Below are positions 55,068 to 64,000 of a DNA stretch of 64,000 nucleotides, piece after piece (positions within the stretch are counted from its first letter, which is position 1; each line of letters begins with the position of its first letter). Under the pieces are notes generated by a model that saw only the letters and a program-made list of their open reading frames with translations, made no database searches and was not told where the DNA came from. The stretch is taken from IMG/VR virus record IMGVR_UViG_3300014208_000027, positions 139,499 through 203,498 of that record; one strand, written 5' to 3'. Source of the DNA: a virus. Lineage: Duplodnaviria > Caudoviricetes. A program made the position numbers and the translations under genes.

Positions 55068-56045
55068 ATGCCTAGACTTTTAGTCATTGATGGTCTTAAT
55101 GAATTTATTCGTCACTATGCTGCAAACCCTTTGCTTTCTTCTAATGGCATTCCTGTTGGTGGTATCTTTGGGTTTATACGCTCGCTGCAACGCTTTACAG
55201 ACGACTTTGATCCTACTAGGGTTATCATATGTCTTGACGGTCAAGGCGGCTCTAGTCGCAAGAGAGGCACGTTTAAAGGTTACAAGGAAGGTCGTAAGCC
55301 TTTGCGGTTGAATAGGTTTGTTGATACTCAAAGTTTTGACGAGGAACAAAATAATAAAGTATGGCAGTTAGCAAGGTTAACTGAATATATTGAAGACTTA
55401 CCTGTTCAACAGTTTATTTATGATGGCATAGAGGCCGATGATTTAATCGCTTATATTACAAATCATGAAGCGTTTTATGACTGGCAAAAAATAATAGTTA
55501 GCTCTGATAAAGATTTTATACAATTACTTAACGATAAAACTTTATTGTATAGACCCATGAAAAAGGTTTTTGAAAGCGTTAAAACAATTTTAAAAGAATA
55601 TAGCATACATCCTAATAACTTTTGTTTAGCTAGATCGATGGCTGGCGATGTAAGTGATAATATAAAAGGTGTTGAAGGTGTTGGTTTAAAAACACTAGCT
55701 AAACGATTTCCATTTTTGAGCGAAGAAAAAGATTATTATCTTGATGATGTTCAAAAATACTGTCAAGAACAAATAGGTAACAAAAGTAAACTTAAAGTTT
55801 ATGAACAAGTACAAACAGAAAAGGATAGAATAAAAGAAAATTATTCTATTATGCAATTAGCTTCACCTAACTTTTCTATACAAACAAAGATGAAAATAAA
55901 TCAAACACTTCAAGATTGTTCATTCAGTTTTAATAAATCTAAGTTTATAGGAAAAATGATACAAGATCAGGTTGCGCTTGACTTTAACCTTGATAACTTG
56001 TACAGTTGGAGTCGAAGAATAATCATTGATGGTAACAAAAAATAA
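55068..56045 (+). CDS. 5'-3' exonuclease / flap endonuclease (T4 RNase H-like)
   Basis: LLVIDG, EADD, SSDKDF.QL, GDVSDNIKGVEGVGLKT. Confidence 0.92.
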   Translation: MPRLLVIDGLNEFIRHYAANPLLSSNGIPVGGIFGFIRSLQRFTDDFDPTRVIICLDGQGGSSRKRGTFKGYKEGRKPLRLNRFVDTQSFDEEQNNKVWQLARLTEYIEDLPVQQFIYDGIEADDLIAYITNHEAFYDWQKIIVSSDKDFIQLLNDKTLLYRPMKKVFESVKTILKEYSIHPNNFCLARSMAGDVSDNIKGVEGVGLKTLAKRFPFLSEEKDYYLDDVQKYCQEQIGNKSKLKVYEQVQTEKDRIKENYSIMQLASPNFSIQTKMKINQTLQDCSFSFNKSKFIGKMIQDQVALDFNLDNLYSWSRRIIIDGNKK

Positions 56046-56229
56046 ATTTAAAATTGGGGACCTAATAGTATTTCGAAGAAAAGAATCTTCTAGAGGCGGA
56101 AAACAAGTTGGTGTGGTTTTATACAAAGGGAAGGGAACCTTTACTATTGGTGGTGAAGGATATCTATGTTATTTCTTCGAAATGGATAAAAGAATTATAA
56201 TACATGAAAATAACCTTACTAAACTTTAA
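56029..56229 (+). CDS. small SH3/KOW-like protein
   Basis: KFKIGDLIVFR. Confidence 0.6.
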   Translation: MVTKNKFKIGDLIVFRRKESSRGGKQVGVVLYKGKGTFTIGGEGYLCYFFEMDKRIIIHENNLTKL

Positions 56230-56231
56230 AA

Positions 56232-56432
56232 ATGTTATCTAAATTTAAGCCTGGAGATCTTATACAAGTTATAGATGATGAAGATATTATTGAGGGGGCT
56301 AGAGTAGGCGACACAGGGTTCATAATAAAAAGAATTGGCTGCTTCAGATCTAATGAAAAACACTTTTATGATGTTTATATTTTTTCTTATGGATTTATAA
56401 CATTAGAAGAATCTGAGATGATTAAATTATGA
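56232..56432 (+). CDS. small SH3/KOW-like protein
   Basis: KFKPGDLIQV...GDTGFI. Confidence 0.6.
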   Translation: MLSKFKPGDLIQVIDDEDIIEGARVGDTGFIIKRIGCFRSNEKHFYDVYIFSYGFITLEESEMIKL

Positions 56433-56638
56433 GTAAATTTAAAATCGGTGATTTAGTTAGATTTGACCCAATGTCTTTACCTTGGCATGAGAATAAAATT
56501 GGTATGATTGTATCCGATATAATTTATAAATATAAATATAAAGAAAGATGCCTAGAAAAAGATGCTGTATTTTTGTGCTACATTTTTCAAGATGATAAAA
56601 AACTTCCTATAAGTTCGTCTGATCTTATCAAATTTTAA
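56429..56638 (+). CDS. small SH3/KOW-like protein
   Basis: MSKFKIGDLVRF...GMIV. Confidence 0.6.
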   Translation: MSKFKIGDLVRFDPMSLPWHENKIGMIVSDIIYKYKYKERCLEKDAVFLCYIFQDDKKLPISSSDLIKF

Positions 56639-56646
56639 GGATATTT

Positions 56647-58032
56647 ATGCCTAATACTAATGATAATTTTGAACACTTTGGCAATCATTTTCAAGATAAA
56701 CTAGCTTATATTATTGCTCACGATGGTATATTTGCTGATCAAATTCAAGAAGTATTAGAATATAATTTCTTTGAATTTAAACACCTACAATGTTTTGTAC
56801 AAGTTCTGTTTGATTATAAGAATAAATACAAAATTCATCCTTCTATAGAAACTATTAAAGATATCATTAAACTTGAAACAGAAGATAGAGAAGGAGTACT
56901 CAAGGAACAAGTTTTAAAATTCTTTAATGAAAAGATATTATCGCAAGAAGTCTTTGATGATAAGGAATATATAAAAGAGAAATCACTAGACTTCTGCAAG
57001 AAACAAAAATTAAAAGAGGCTATGCTAAAATCTATACCGCTACTTCAACAAGCTTCTTTTGATGAAATAAGTACAGTTATAAATACAGCATTAAAGCTAG
57101 GAACAGATAATAATTTTGGTCATGAATACTTTAGAGATTTTGAAGCAAGGTATGTTACAAATAACCGAGGAACGATCACCACAAATTGGAGTATTATAGA
57201 TGATTTGACGCAGGGAGGTCTAGCTAAAGGAGAACTTGGCGTAATCATAGCTCCAACTTCTGCGGGAAAATCATTCTGCCTTGTGCATCTTGGTACCGCT
57301 GCTTTATTGGCTGGATATGATGTAATTCATTATACCTTGGAGTTGACTGATACAGCTGTAGCAAGAAGATATGATTCTTGCATTTCCGGAGTTGCAATAA
57401 ATGATTTAAACCTTTTTAAAGATACTGTATTCCAAAAAATTAAAGATGTTCCTGGAAACTTAATAATAAAAGAATACCCTACTAAAAGTGTTTCTATCAA
57501 GACTATTAAGAATCATTATGAGAGAGTAAGGCAAAGAAAAAATAAATCTTACGAACTTGTGATTATTGATTATGGAGATTTACTAAAACCGTTAAAGTCG
57601 CAAGAGAAAAGATTAGAACTTGAGTCTGTATTTGAAGATATGAGAGCAATGGCTCAGGAATTCCATTGTGGTGTATGGTCGGCTAGTCAAACCAAAAGAG
57701 AAACTATGGAAAAAGAAGTTATTACCATGGAATCTATCTCTGAAAGTTTTGCTAAATGTTTCATAGCGGATCTTATTTTAGCACTATCAAGAACTATGAA
57801 AGATAAAAATTCTAATCAAGGTAATTTCTATGTTGCTAAGAATAGAAATGGTAGAGATGGCATGCTTTACCCTCTATTTGTAGACACATCAATGTCTAAA
57901 ATAAAAGTCTTCCCGCCTCATGAAAAAGATGACCACGGAGTAGTTATTAGTTCACCGACAAGCGATGGAAGCCCAAGTGCTACGACAAAAGAAAAATACA
58001 AATTATTGAGAAAGCAATTGAAAAATGCGTAG
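56647..58032 (+). CDS. replicative DnaB-like helicase (T4 gp41-like)
   Basis: GGLAKGELGVIIAPTSAGKS, YTLEL, IIDYGD, WSASQ, KNRNG. Confidence 0.92.
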   Translation: MPNTNDNFEHFGNHFQDKLAYIIAHDGIFADQIQEVLEYNFFEFKHLQCFVQVLFDYKNKYKIHPSIETIKDIIKLETEDREGVLKEQVLKFFNEKILSQEVFDDKEYIKEKSLDFCKKQKLKEAMLKSIPLLQQASFDEISTVINTALKLGTDNNFGHEYFRDFEARYVTNNRGTITTNWSIIDDLTQGGLAKGELGVIIAPTSAGKSFCLVHLGTAALLAGYDVIHYTLELTDTAVARRYDSCISGVAINDLNLFKDTVFQKIKDVPGNLIIKEYPTKSVSIKTIKNHYERVRQRKNKSYELVIIDYGDLLKPLKSQEKRLELESVFEDMRAMAQEFHCGVWSASQTKRETMEKEVITMESISESFAKCFIADLILALSRTMKDKNSNQGNFYVAKNRNGRDGMLYPLFVDTSMSKIKVFPPHEKDDHGVVISSPTSDGSPSATTKEKYKLLRKQLKNA

Positions 58033-58192
58033 AAAATTAGTTCAATTGGTTTTTCAAGTTGGCTCTAGGACTGATCTGTGGTTTGATGGACAAAATGTGT
58101 ATGACAAAGATGGAAATATTCTTAAAACAAGGCCGCTAAAAGATCTGTTGGAAGAAAATAAAAAACCTATCAAACAAAATTTAAGTAAATAA
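58025..58192 (+). CDS. 55-aa hypothetical protein (absent from the ORF track)
   Basis: MRRKLVQLVFQVG...NLSK*; overlaps the helicase stop by 8 nt. Confidence 0.5.
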   Translation: MRRKLVQLVFQVGSRTDLWFDGQNVYDKDGNILKTRPLKDLLEENKKPIKQNLSK

Positions 58193-58209
58193 ACTTTAGG
58201 AGATTTTTT

Positions 58210-61200
58210 ATGGCTACTCGTGATGAAGTCTTCCAAGAGACATTAAAGTATTTTGATGGTGATGAACTTGCTGCAAATGTGTTTTTTAAGTATTGTCTAA
58301 AAGACAAACAAGGGATTTATCACGAGTTAACCCCTGACGACATGCACAAGCGACTAGCTAGTGAGTTTGCAAGGATAGAAAAGAAGTTTGAAGGTGAAGG
58401 TGAAGTAAGCGAGAAAGAAATTTATGATTTGTTGAAGGACTTCAAATATATAGTCCCGCAAGGTTCGCCAATGATGGGCATAAAAAATAACTTCTCTATC
58501 GTTTCTTTGTCGAATTGTGTAGTAATTGCGCAACCTAATGACAGTATGTCTGGGATTTTTGATACGGCTAAAGATGCTGCCAATCTTTTTAAATCTCGTT
58601 GCGGAGTCGGAATAGATCTTTCCACGCTTAGGCCAGATGGAATGACAGTAAATAACTCTTCTGGGACTTCCACTGGAGCTTGGAGTTGGTCAAATTTTTT
58701 TAGTGAAGTTACCCGCATGGTGGGACAGAATAATAGGCGCGGCGCCTTGATGATTACTATGGATGTTCGGCATCCTGACATTGAAAAATTTGTGGTCATG
58801 AAGCATGATCTAACTAAAGTCACTGGGGCTAATATCTCTGTAAAAATCTCTGATGATTTTATGAAGGCTGTAGAGGAAGACAATAATTTTTTGTTAAAGT
58901 TTCCTGTTGATTCGGATAAACCAAAATTTTCTAGATACATCAAAGCTAAGAATTTATGGGATTCTATTGTAGATTCGGCAAGAACTACAGCAGAGCCGGG
59001 AATTATATTCTGGGATACTGCAACAAAGTTTTTGCCTGCCAATGAATATCCAAACTTCAAGGCAGTAAGCACAAACCCTTGCAGCCCTCGTGATACAAAA
59101 GTATTAACCCCTATGGGTATTAGGGTCTTTGATGAAATCGATGTCGGAAGTGAAATTTGGGATGGAAATAAATTTGTTGTCGTGACCGATAAGCAGTGTA
59201 CGGGCATTAAAGAGGTTTTTGAATATCATACAAACGCTGGGATTTTTGTGGGAACAGAAAATCACAGAATTGTGCAAGAAGGTAAAAAATTTGAAGTGAA
59301 AGATGCCGATTCAATTGATATTTGCAGAGGAAGTTTTGAAAAGCTAGAATTGTTTGACCCGCAGACTATTGTAGATGGTTTAGTGATGGGCGACGGGAGT
59401 GCTTATAAATCGTCAAAAGGGCTTTACATTGGGAAAGATGATGGAGATTATTTTAACAGTGAAATATCTAATTTTATTCTAGAATATAGACCGAAAATTA
59501 ATAAAGATTTCTGGGAAATTGATACCACTATTTCCGTCGATGAATTACCGAGGACATACGAAAGAAAAATTCCAGAAAGATTCTTGAAAGGGAGCCGAAA
59601 AACAGTTTGTTCTTTTCTCCGAGGCTTATATTCTGCCAACGGTTCTATTTGTGGCAATAGAATAACATTAAAGGCGTCTAGCAAGCAAATCATTTTAGAC
59701 GTTCAGATTATGCTTTCTTCTGTGGGTATTCTGTCGTATTATACCACTAACAAACCAAGTTTGGTTGAATTTAGAAACGGAGAATACGAGTGCAAACAAA
59801 GCTATGATCTCAATATTTCTGTTGACAGAAAGAAGTTTTACGATTGCATCGGGTTTATTCAAAAGTATAAACAGAAGCGATTGTTGGAAACTTGTGAAAT
59901 AACAACTAATCGTACTAAGATTTCTTACGAAATTAAAGAAATAATTCGCAGAGGTGAAGAAAAAGTTTATGACATTACAGTGGATAGCCCCGAACATGTT
60001 TATTGGACTGGTGGGCTTTTAGTTTCCAACTGTTCTGAAATTATTCTAAGTGAAAATGATGCTTGTAGACTTATTTCTATTAATCTAAAGAATTTTGTTA
60101 AGAATCCATTCAGTGAACTTTGTTGCTTTGATTTTAAACAATTCTCTAATGTGGTTCGTATAGCTGCTAGGATGTCAGATGATCTTGTAGAGTTGGAAAT
60201 AGAACGTATAGAATCCATTATTTCTTTTGCTGACGAAGAAGATGTAAAAGTTCTATGGCGAAAAATGCTCGAAAGTGCAATTCAAGGTCGAAGGTGTGGT
60301 CTTGGAACTCATGGTTTGGCAGATGTTTTTTCTGGCATGTGCTGTCGGTATGATAGCGAAGAAGCGTTAAAGCTGACAGATAATATCTATAGAGTTTTAA
60401 GAGATGTAACATATGAAACAAGTTCAGAACTAGCTCTTGAACGTGGTTCATTCCCTTGCTTTGATTGGAATTTAGAAAAAAACAATGCTTTCATTAAGAA
60501 TCTTCCTGAATATTTGCAAGAAAAAATTAAATTACAAGGTAGAAGGAATATTTCTTTGCTCACTAATGCCCCAACCGGCAGCGTATCCATCTTGTCTAGA
60601 ACAAGTTCCGGTATTGAGCCTATATTTAGGCATTCATATACGCGAAGAAAGAAGATCAATGGCCCTAGTGGAGAAACTAAGGTTGATTTTACAGATCAAA
60701 ATGGTGATGCCTGGGAAGAGTTTAAAGTATTCCACAAAAATATTGAAGATTATATGAAATTAAATGGTTTAGTTAATTCTGATAATTTGCCAGATTTTTT
60801 TGTTTCTAGTGAAAATATAAATTGGAAAAATCGAGTGAAGTTACAGGGGATTATTCAAAAATATATTGATCATTCAATTTCCAGTACAATTAATCTTCCA
60901 AAAGGAACATCTGTTAGTGTTGTAGACGAACTTTACAGAACCGCTTGGAAACTTGGTCTTAAAGGGATTACTGTCTATGTTGATGAATCAAGAACAGGTG
61001 TATTAGTTACAAAAAAAGAGGATTGTATTAAAGAAAGTTTTTGTCCTAAGCGACCTATTGAACTTGAGTGTGATATCCACCAAATTAGTGTTAAAGGGCA
61101 ACCGTGGGTAGTGTTTGTTGGTTTAATGAAGGATTTAATGGGAAATAATTCTCCTTATGAAATATTTGCAGGAGAATCAAATAAAATAAAAATCCCGAAA

Positions 61201-61590
61201 AAATATCTCAAAGGAATGGTTATCAAGAAAGGTAAAAAAGAAGAAAAATCAATTTATAACTTGAGAATTGGTAAGGGAGATGAAGAACTTTTAATTTCTG
61301 ACATTGTTGACACTTTTGATAATGATGCCCATGCTGCGTTAACCAGAATGACTTCTCTTAGTCTTAGACACGGTGTGCCTGTAAAATTCCTTAGCGAACA
61401 ACTCTCTAAGGATAAGACCTCTGATATGTTCTGTTTTTCTCAAGCAGTCGCTAGAGTTTTAAAAAAATATATTGCAGATGGGCAAAAACCTTCGTCCGAT
61501 AAACTTTGTAAGTCTTGTGGGAAGAACTCTTTAGTGTATCAGGGAGGGTGTGTTGTTTGTGTGGATTGCGGTTGGAGTAAGTGTTCTTAG
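58210..61590 (+). CDS. nrdJ: class II (B12-dependent) ribonucleotide reductase with intein and C-terminal TSCPD/Zn-ribbon
   Basis: SLSNC, GVGIDLS, RRGALM, TNP/CSE, GLGTHG, APTGSVS, SSGIEP, HSISST; C-terminal CxxC..CxxC. No small subunit in the window. Confidence 0.9.
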   Translation: MATRDEVFQETLKYFDGDELAANVFFKYCLKDKQGIYHELTPDDMHKRLASEFARIEKKFEGEGEVSEKEIYDLLKDFKYIVPQGSPMMGIKNNFSIVSLSNCVVIAQPNDSMSGIFDTAKDAANLFKSRCGVGIDLSTLRPDGMTVNNSSGTSTGAWSWSNFFSEVTRMVGQNNRRGALMITMDVRHPDIEKFVVMKHDLTKVTGANISVKISDDFMKAVEEDNNFLLKFPVDSDKPKFSRYIKAKNLWDSIVDSARTTAEPGIIFWDTATKFLPANEYPNFKAVSTNPCSPRDTKVLTPMGIRVFDEIDVGSEIWDGNKFVVVTDKQCTGIKEVFEYHTNAGIFVGTENHRIVQEGKKFEVKDADSIDICRGSFEKLELFDPQTIVDGLVMGDGSAYKSSKGLYIGKDDGDYFNSEISNFILEYRPKINKDFWEIDTTISVDELPRTYERKIPERFLKGSRKTVCSFLRGLYSANGSICGNRITLKASSKQIILDVQIMLSSVGILSYYTTNKPSLVEFRNGEYECKQSYDLNISVDRKKFYDCIGFIQKYKQKRLLETCEITTNRTKISYEIKEIIRRGEEKVYDITVDSPEHVYWTGGLLVSNCSEIILSENDACRLISINLKNFVKNPFSELCCFDFKQFSNVVRIAARMSDDLVELEIERIESIISFADEEDVKVLWRKMLESAIQGRRCGLGTHGLADVFSGMCCRYDSEEALKLTDNIYRVLRDVTYETSSELALERGSFPCFDWNLEKNNAFIKNLPEYLQEKIKLQGRRNISLLTNAPTGSVSILSRTSSGIEPIFRHSYTRRKKINGPSGETKVDFTDQNGDAWEEFKVFHKNIEDYMKLNGLVNSDNLPDFFVSSENINWKNRVKLQGIIQKYIDHSISSTINLPKGTSVSVVDELYRTAWKLGLKGITVYVDESRTGVLVTKKEDCIKESFCPKRPIELECDIHQISVKGQPWVVFVGLMKDLMGNNSPYEIFAGESNKIKIPKKYLKGMVIKKGKKEEKSIYNLRIGKGDEELLISDIVDTFDNDAHAALTRMTSLSLRHGVPVKFLSEQLSKDKTSDMFCFSQAVARVLKKYIADGQKPSSDKLCKSCGKNSLVYQGGCVVCVDCGWSKCS
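59080..60030 (+). mobile_element. 317-aa LAGLIDADG intein at the RNR catalytic Cys
   Basis: CSPRDTKV start; TENH; DGLVMGDG and LRGLYSANG blocks; VYDITV..YWTGGLLVSN end; +1 Cys. Confidence 0.93.
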
Positions 61591-61593
61591 TCC

Positions 61594-61622
61594 TTGACAC
61601 TACTTCCCCAATGTGCTAAACT
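61594..61622 (+). promoter_or_regulatory. sigma70-type promoter
   Basis: TTGACA-17-TAAACT with TG. Confidence 0.8.
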
Positions 61623-61645
61623 ATTATTACAACTTGGAGGATGAA

Positions 61646-62020
61646 ATGATAAATTTGATGGTAGAAATTTTTAAAGTGTTAGAAGGGAATAATCTTTGGT
61701 CGTGTGACATTTCTTGGGTAGGTTCTAAGGACGGAGCGTATGCTATGACTTGGGACGAGTTTCATGGAAAATTCAAAAATTTAAAATATAATTCTGGGTA
61801 TGGAGTACAAGAAATTGCCACTGATTTAGTTGTTGTAAGCACTACTAAGGGATGGTGGTTGGAACGTCATGCATACGATGGATCTGAATGGTGGGTGGTT
61901 AAAAAAATGCCCACATTAACTAATAATCCAAAATTATTTAATAAAATTATTTCAGATTGTATGGGGTGGGCTACTTTAAATATTATAAATTCTTGTGAAG
62001 ATCGAGGAAAAGTGAAATGA
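61646..62020 (+). CDS. hypothetical phage protein
   Basis: GGAGG SD before the ATG at 61646; YNSGYG..WWLERHAYDGSEWW. Confidence 0.7.
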   Translation: MINLMVEIFKVLEGNNLWSCDISWVGSKDGAYAMTWDEFHGKFKNLKYNSGYGVQEIATDLVVVSTTKGWWLERHAYDGSEWWVVKKMPTLTNNPKLFNKIISDCMGWATLNIINSCEDRGKVK

Positions 62021-62304
62021 ATTATAGAGATTATATTCAAGTTCTTTGTAAGAGTGGTCATTGTTTTGAACTTCTATCATGCGATAACAATGATTTTTTT
62101 CCAGAACATCGTCCTCCTTGGTGGGCTGAAAATAGAGAATTTCCACTTTGGCGATGTCCTTTATGCGAAGAACATGCCGTGTGGTATAATAACTTGGGGT
62201 GTAATGAGTTTGTTAAGTTAGAACTTATAAAAACAGAATCAGGCGTAATTCAATTTTTTAAATTGCCACCAAAAAATGTTGGTAATCACAAAGGAGATTT
62301 TTAA
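62017..62304 (+). CDS. hypothetical Cys-containing protein
   Basis: CKSGH...CPLC. Confidence 0.6.
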   Translation: MNYRDYIQVLCKSGHCFELLSCDNNDFFPEHRPPWWAENREFPLWRCPLCEEHAVWYNNLGCNEFVKLELIKTESGVIQFFKLPPKNVGNHKGDF

Positions 62305-62582
62305 TGGGCCGTCCTAAGAAGCAACCTCAAGAACCTATCGCATTTAATCCCGAACTTATTCAATCTTATGTTAATCAGCTTTTTACCCTTGAGAATGAAA
62401 TTCGTACTGTGCGTGAAGGCATCAAAGATTTAAAAGATCAGTATAAGGATCAAGTAGATCTTAAACTTGTTAGTAGTGTTATTAGACTTGTTAAGGCGCA
62501 ACTTAAAATTAATGTATCTGATGAAACTTCTCAACAATTGCAAGATGTCGTAATGGATAAAATCAATATGGTTGTTAGTTAG
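62304..62582 (+). CDS. small dsDNA-binding protein (GapR/T4 DsbA-like)
   Basis: GRPKK AT-hook-like start; helical L..LENEI....E.IKDL...K..V..VIRL. Confidence 0.5.
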   Translation: MGRPKKQPQEPIAFNPELIQSYVNQLFTLENEIRTVREGIKDLKDQYKDQVDLKLVSSVIRLVKAQLKINVSDETSQQLQDVVMDKINMVVS

Positions 62583-62594
62583 GAAAAAATAAAA

Positions 62595-62861
62595 ATGTAT
62601 ATTAAATTTGACAAAGAATTAAAGTCGGTCATTAAAAATGTTCGCAAACAAGTAGCCGGTAAATTTAAAACAGATTATAAAAATGTCGCATTTGTTTTTT
62701 GTTCATCTAACAATGCAGGTGGTGATGGTATGTTAGATCTTTGTTTTCAATGCGAGAAAGGATATGCTAATTTAGAACTAAAGGATGCTCATTTAGAACT
62801 TTTAGAAATTCTCAAAGGGTTTATTAAAAATAAAAATGTAGAATGGGATAGGGAGGGTTAA
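62595..62861 (+). CDS. hypothetical protein
   Basis: AGGA SD; 88 aa. Confidence 0.6.
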   Translation: MYIKFDKELKSVIKNVRKQVAGKFKTDYKNVAFVFCSSNNAGGDGMLDLCFQCEKGYANLELKDAHLELLEILKGFIKNKNVEWDREG

Positions 62862-62862
62862 C

Positions 62863-63147
62863 ATGAAATACGAACAAAAATCTTTTACAGAGTGTTATGG
62901 TTCTCAAGAATATCGTGATGGTTGGCAAAGAACTTTTGCAGGAACAAATAATAATCTTGACCTAGAAGAAGGTGTCACCCACAATGATGATGGTACTTAT
63001 AATGTAGAAATTGACATTCCTGATGATCTTGCCAAAGTTGTAGATGACCTAGCAAAGAAAAATAATGTTTCTTTTGAAGTTCAAGCTGGTAAAATGGTTG
63101 AAGAAGGATTAAAAATTATGATGGAAAATGAAAAGGAAGATAAATAA
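62863..63147 (+). CDS. hypothetical protein with C-terminal ribbon-helix-helix-like segment
   Basis: VEIDIPDDLAKVVDDLAKKNNVSF. Confidence 0.5.
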   Translation: MKYEQKSFTECYGSQEYRDGWQRTFAGTNNNLDLEEGVTHNDDGTYNVEIDIPDDLAKVVDDLAKKNNVSFEVQAGKMVEEGLKIMMENEKEDK

Positions 63148-63443
63148 TGTCATTTAAGCCTTGTTTCCGCCAAATTGTGGTTGAACCAGTTCTTAATAAG
63201 GTAAAGAAAAATAAATCTTCTGTATTGCTTCCTGACGATACACAAGCTGAAACATCAACTCACACTCTTTGCAAGGTTGTAGATTTTGCTAAGGATTGCC
63301 AACTTGTCAGAACCTTGGCTAGTGTTGCAGAGGAACGATTTGTAATTGTTGAAACTCATATGATTCAAAAAATTGTAACACCCGAAGGAGATTTATTTAT
63401 TATACCTGAAACTGCTGTAGTTTTAATGTCATATAGAGACTAA
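63147..63443 (+). CDS. GroES-like co-chaperonin (T4 gp31 analog)
   Basis: FKPCFRQIVVEP, mobile-loop SVLLPD, CKVV, FIIPETAVV. Confidence 0.65.
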   Translation: MSFKPCFRQIVVEPVLNKVKKNKSSVLLPDDTQAETSTHTLCKVVDFAKDCQLVRTLASVAEERFVIVETHMIQKIVTPEGDLFIIPETAVVLMSYRD

Positions 63444-63471
63444 TCTTTTCTTTTCTCCCTTGCTTTTTCTC

Positions 63472-63499
63472 TTGCTTTTCTCATTTCACCTGCTATAGT
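63472..63499 (+). promoter_or_regulatory. sigma70-type promoter (leaderless)
   Basis: TTGCTT-16-TATAGT with TG; ATG 7 nt after the -10. Confidence 0.65.
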
Positions 63500-63505
63500 T
63501 TCATT

Positions 63506-64000
63506 ATGTCAAATAAACTTAAAATTGGTGATCTGGTAGAATTTGAAAATAATCATCTTGTTATTTTAGAATTCTTAACTTTAGAAGGTAGAGACGATTA
63601 TCCCTCTATTAAATCCGTCAAAGTTATAGAATATCCTAATAATACGATTGAGTTATATAAAATAAAAAATAATAAAGTTCAAAATAAAGTTGATTGGATT
63701 GATATTTCCCATTATCAAACTTTAAGCGAAGGTTTTATTAGAGAGTTTCAAAATAAAGTTCATTGGATAGATATTTCCCATTATCAAACTTTAAGCGAAG
63801 GTTTTATTAGAGAGTTTCAAAATAAAGTTGATTGGGATTATATTTCCTATCATCAAACTTTAAGCGAAGGTTTTATTAGAGAGTTTCAAAATAAAGTTAA
63901 ATGGGGTAATATTTCCCACTATCAAACTTTAAGCGAAGGTTTTATTAGAGAGTTTCAAAATAAAGTTCATTGGATAGATATTTCCTATCGTCAAACTTTA
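63506..64000 (+). CDS. SH3-like N-terminus plus 23-aa Trp-repeat protein (3' partial)
   Basis: MSNKLKIGDLVEFE..., then (QNKVxWxxISxxQTLSEGFIREF)n running off the window. Confidence 0.85.
   Translation, partial: MSNKLKIGDLVEFENNHLVILEFLTLEGRDDYPSIKSVKVIEYPNNTIELYKIKNNKVQNKVDWIDISHYQTLSEGFIREFQNKVHWIDISHYQTLSEGFIREFQNKVDWDYISYHQTLSEGFIREFQNKVKWGNISHYQTLSEGFIREFQNKVHWIDISYRQTL
63680..64000 (+). repeat. 69-bp coding tandem repeat (about 4.6 copies in window)
   Basis: Units start at 63680, 63749, 63818, 63887 and 63956. Confidence 0.97.

Noticed and set aside
58054-58236. Minus-strand 60-aa ORF between helicase and RNR
   Set aside because: A co-oriented + strand ORF (58025-58192) fits the operon better.
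63680-64000. Regular repeats as a CRISPR array
   Set aside because: The 69-bp units are in-frame coding repeats with no unique spacers and no cas genes.
1-64000. Alternative genetic code (stop-codon recoding)
   Set aside because: Core genes are full length in the standard code and end in TAA, TAG or TGA at expected positions.
1-64000. tRNA/rRNA genes
   Set aside because: No cloverleaf or GTTCGA T-loop context found by eye in the short intergenic spaces; tRNAscan-SE would be decisive.

Overview
64 kb of a large, AT-rich, T4-like myovirus (jumbo-phage type) genome, read in the standard genetic code and almost entirely on the + strand. Gene order: the 3' end of an SbcC/gp46-like ATPase, a small membrane/lysis-like cluster, then the head module (terminase, intein-containing portal, prohead protease, bS21, collagen fibre plus glycosyltransferase, LamG proteins, scaffold, major capsid protein). 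An early-promoter island of small ORFs follows, then tailspike, neck, sheath, tube, chaperone, tape measure and baseplate genes. The window ends with a replication/recombination block: minimal PolA, tubulin-like protein, gp32 SSB, RecA, deaminase, 5'-3' exonuclease, DnaB helicase, intein-containing class II RNR and a GroES-like protein. The standout system is a fractured recA/uvsX gene. It is split inside its P-loop by an atypically split intein (13-aa N-part, 121-aa C-part), with a free-standing PD-(D/E)XK endonuclease between the halves whose ribosome-binding site is sequestered by a 10-bp hairpin overlapping a putative late promoter. Other notable items: a mini-intein in the portal; a structured, TnpB omegaRNA-like insert in frame inside the glycosyltransferase; a BclA/SgtA-like collagen plus GT2-TPR pair; a likely +1/-2 frameshift in the tail chaperone; a CTAWTTA late-promoter motif; leaderless genes; proteins sharing an N-terminal tag; and a 23-aa Trp-repeat family with hypervariable positions. 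All protein calls come from motif recognition by eye; no database searches were run.
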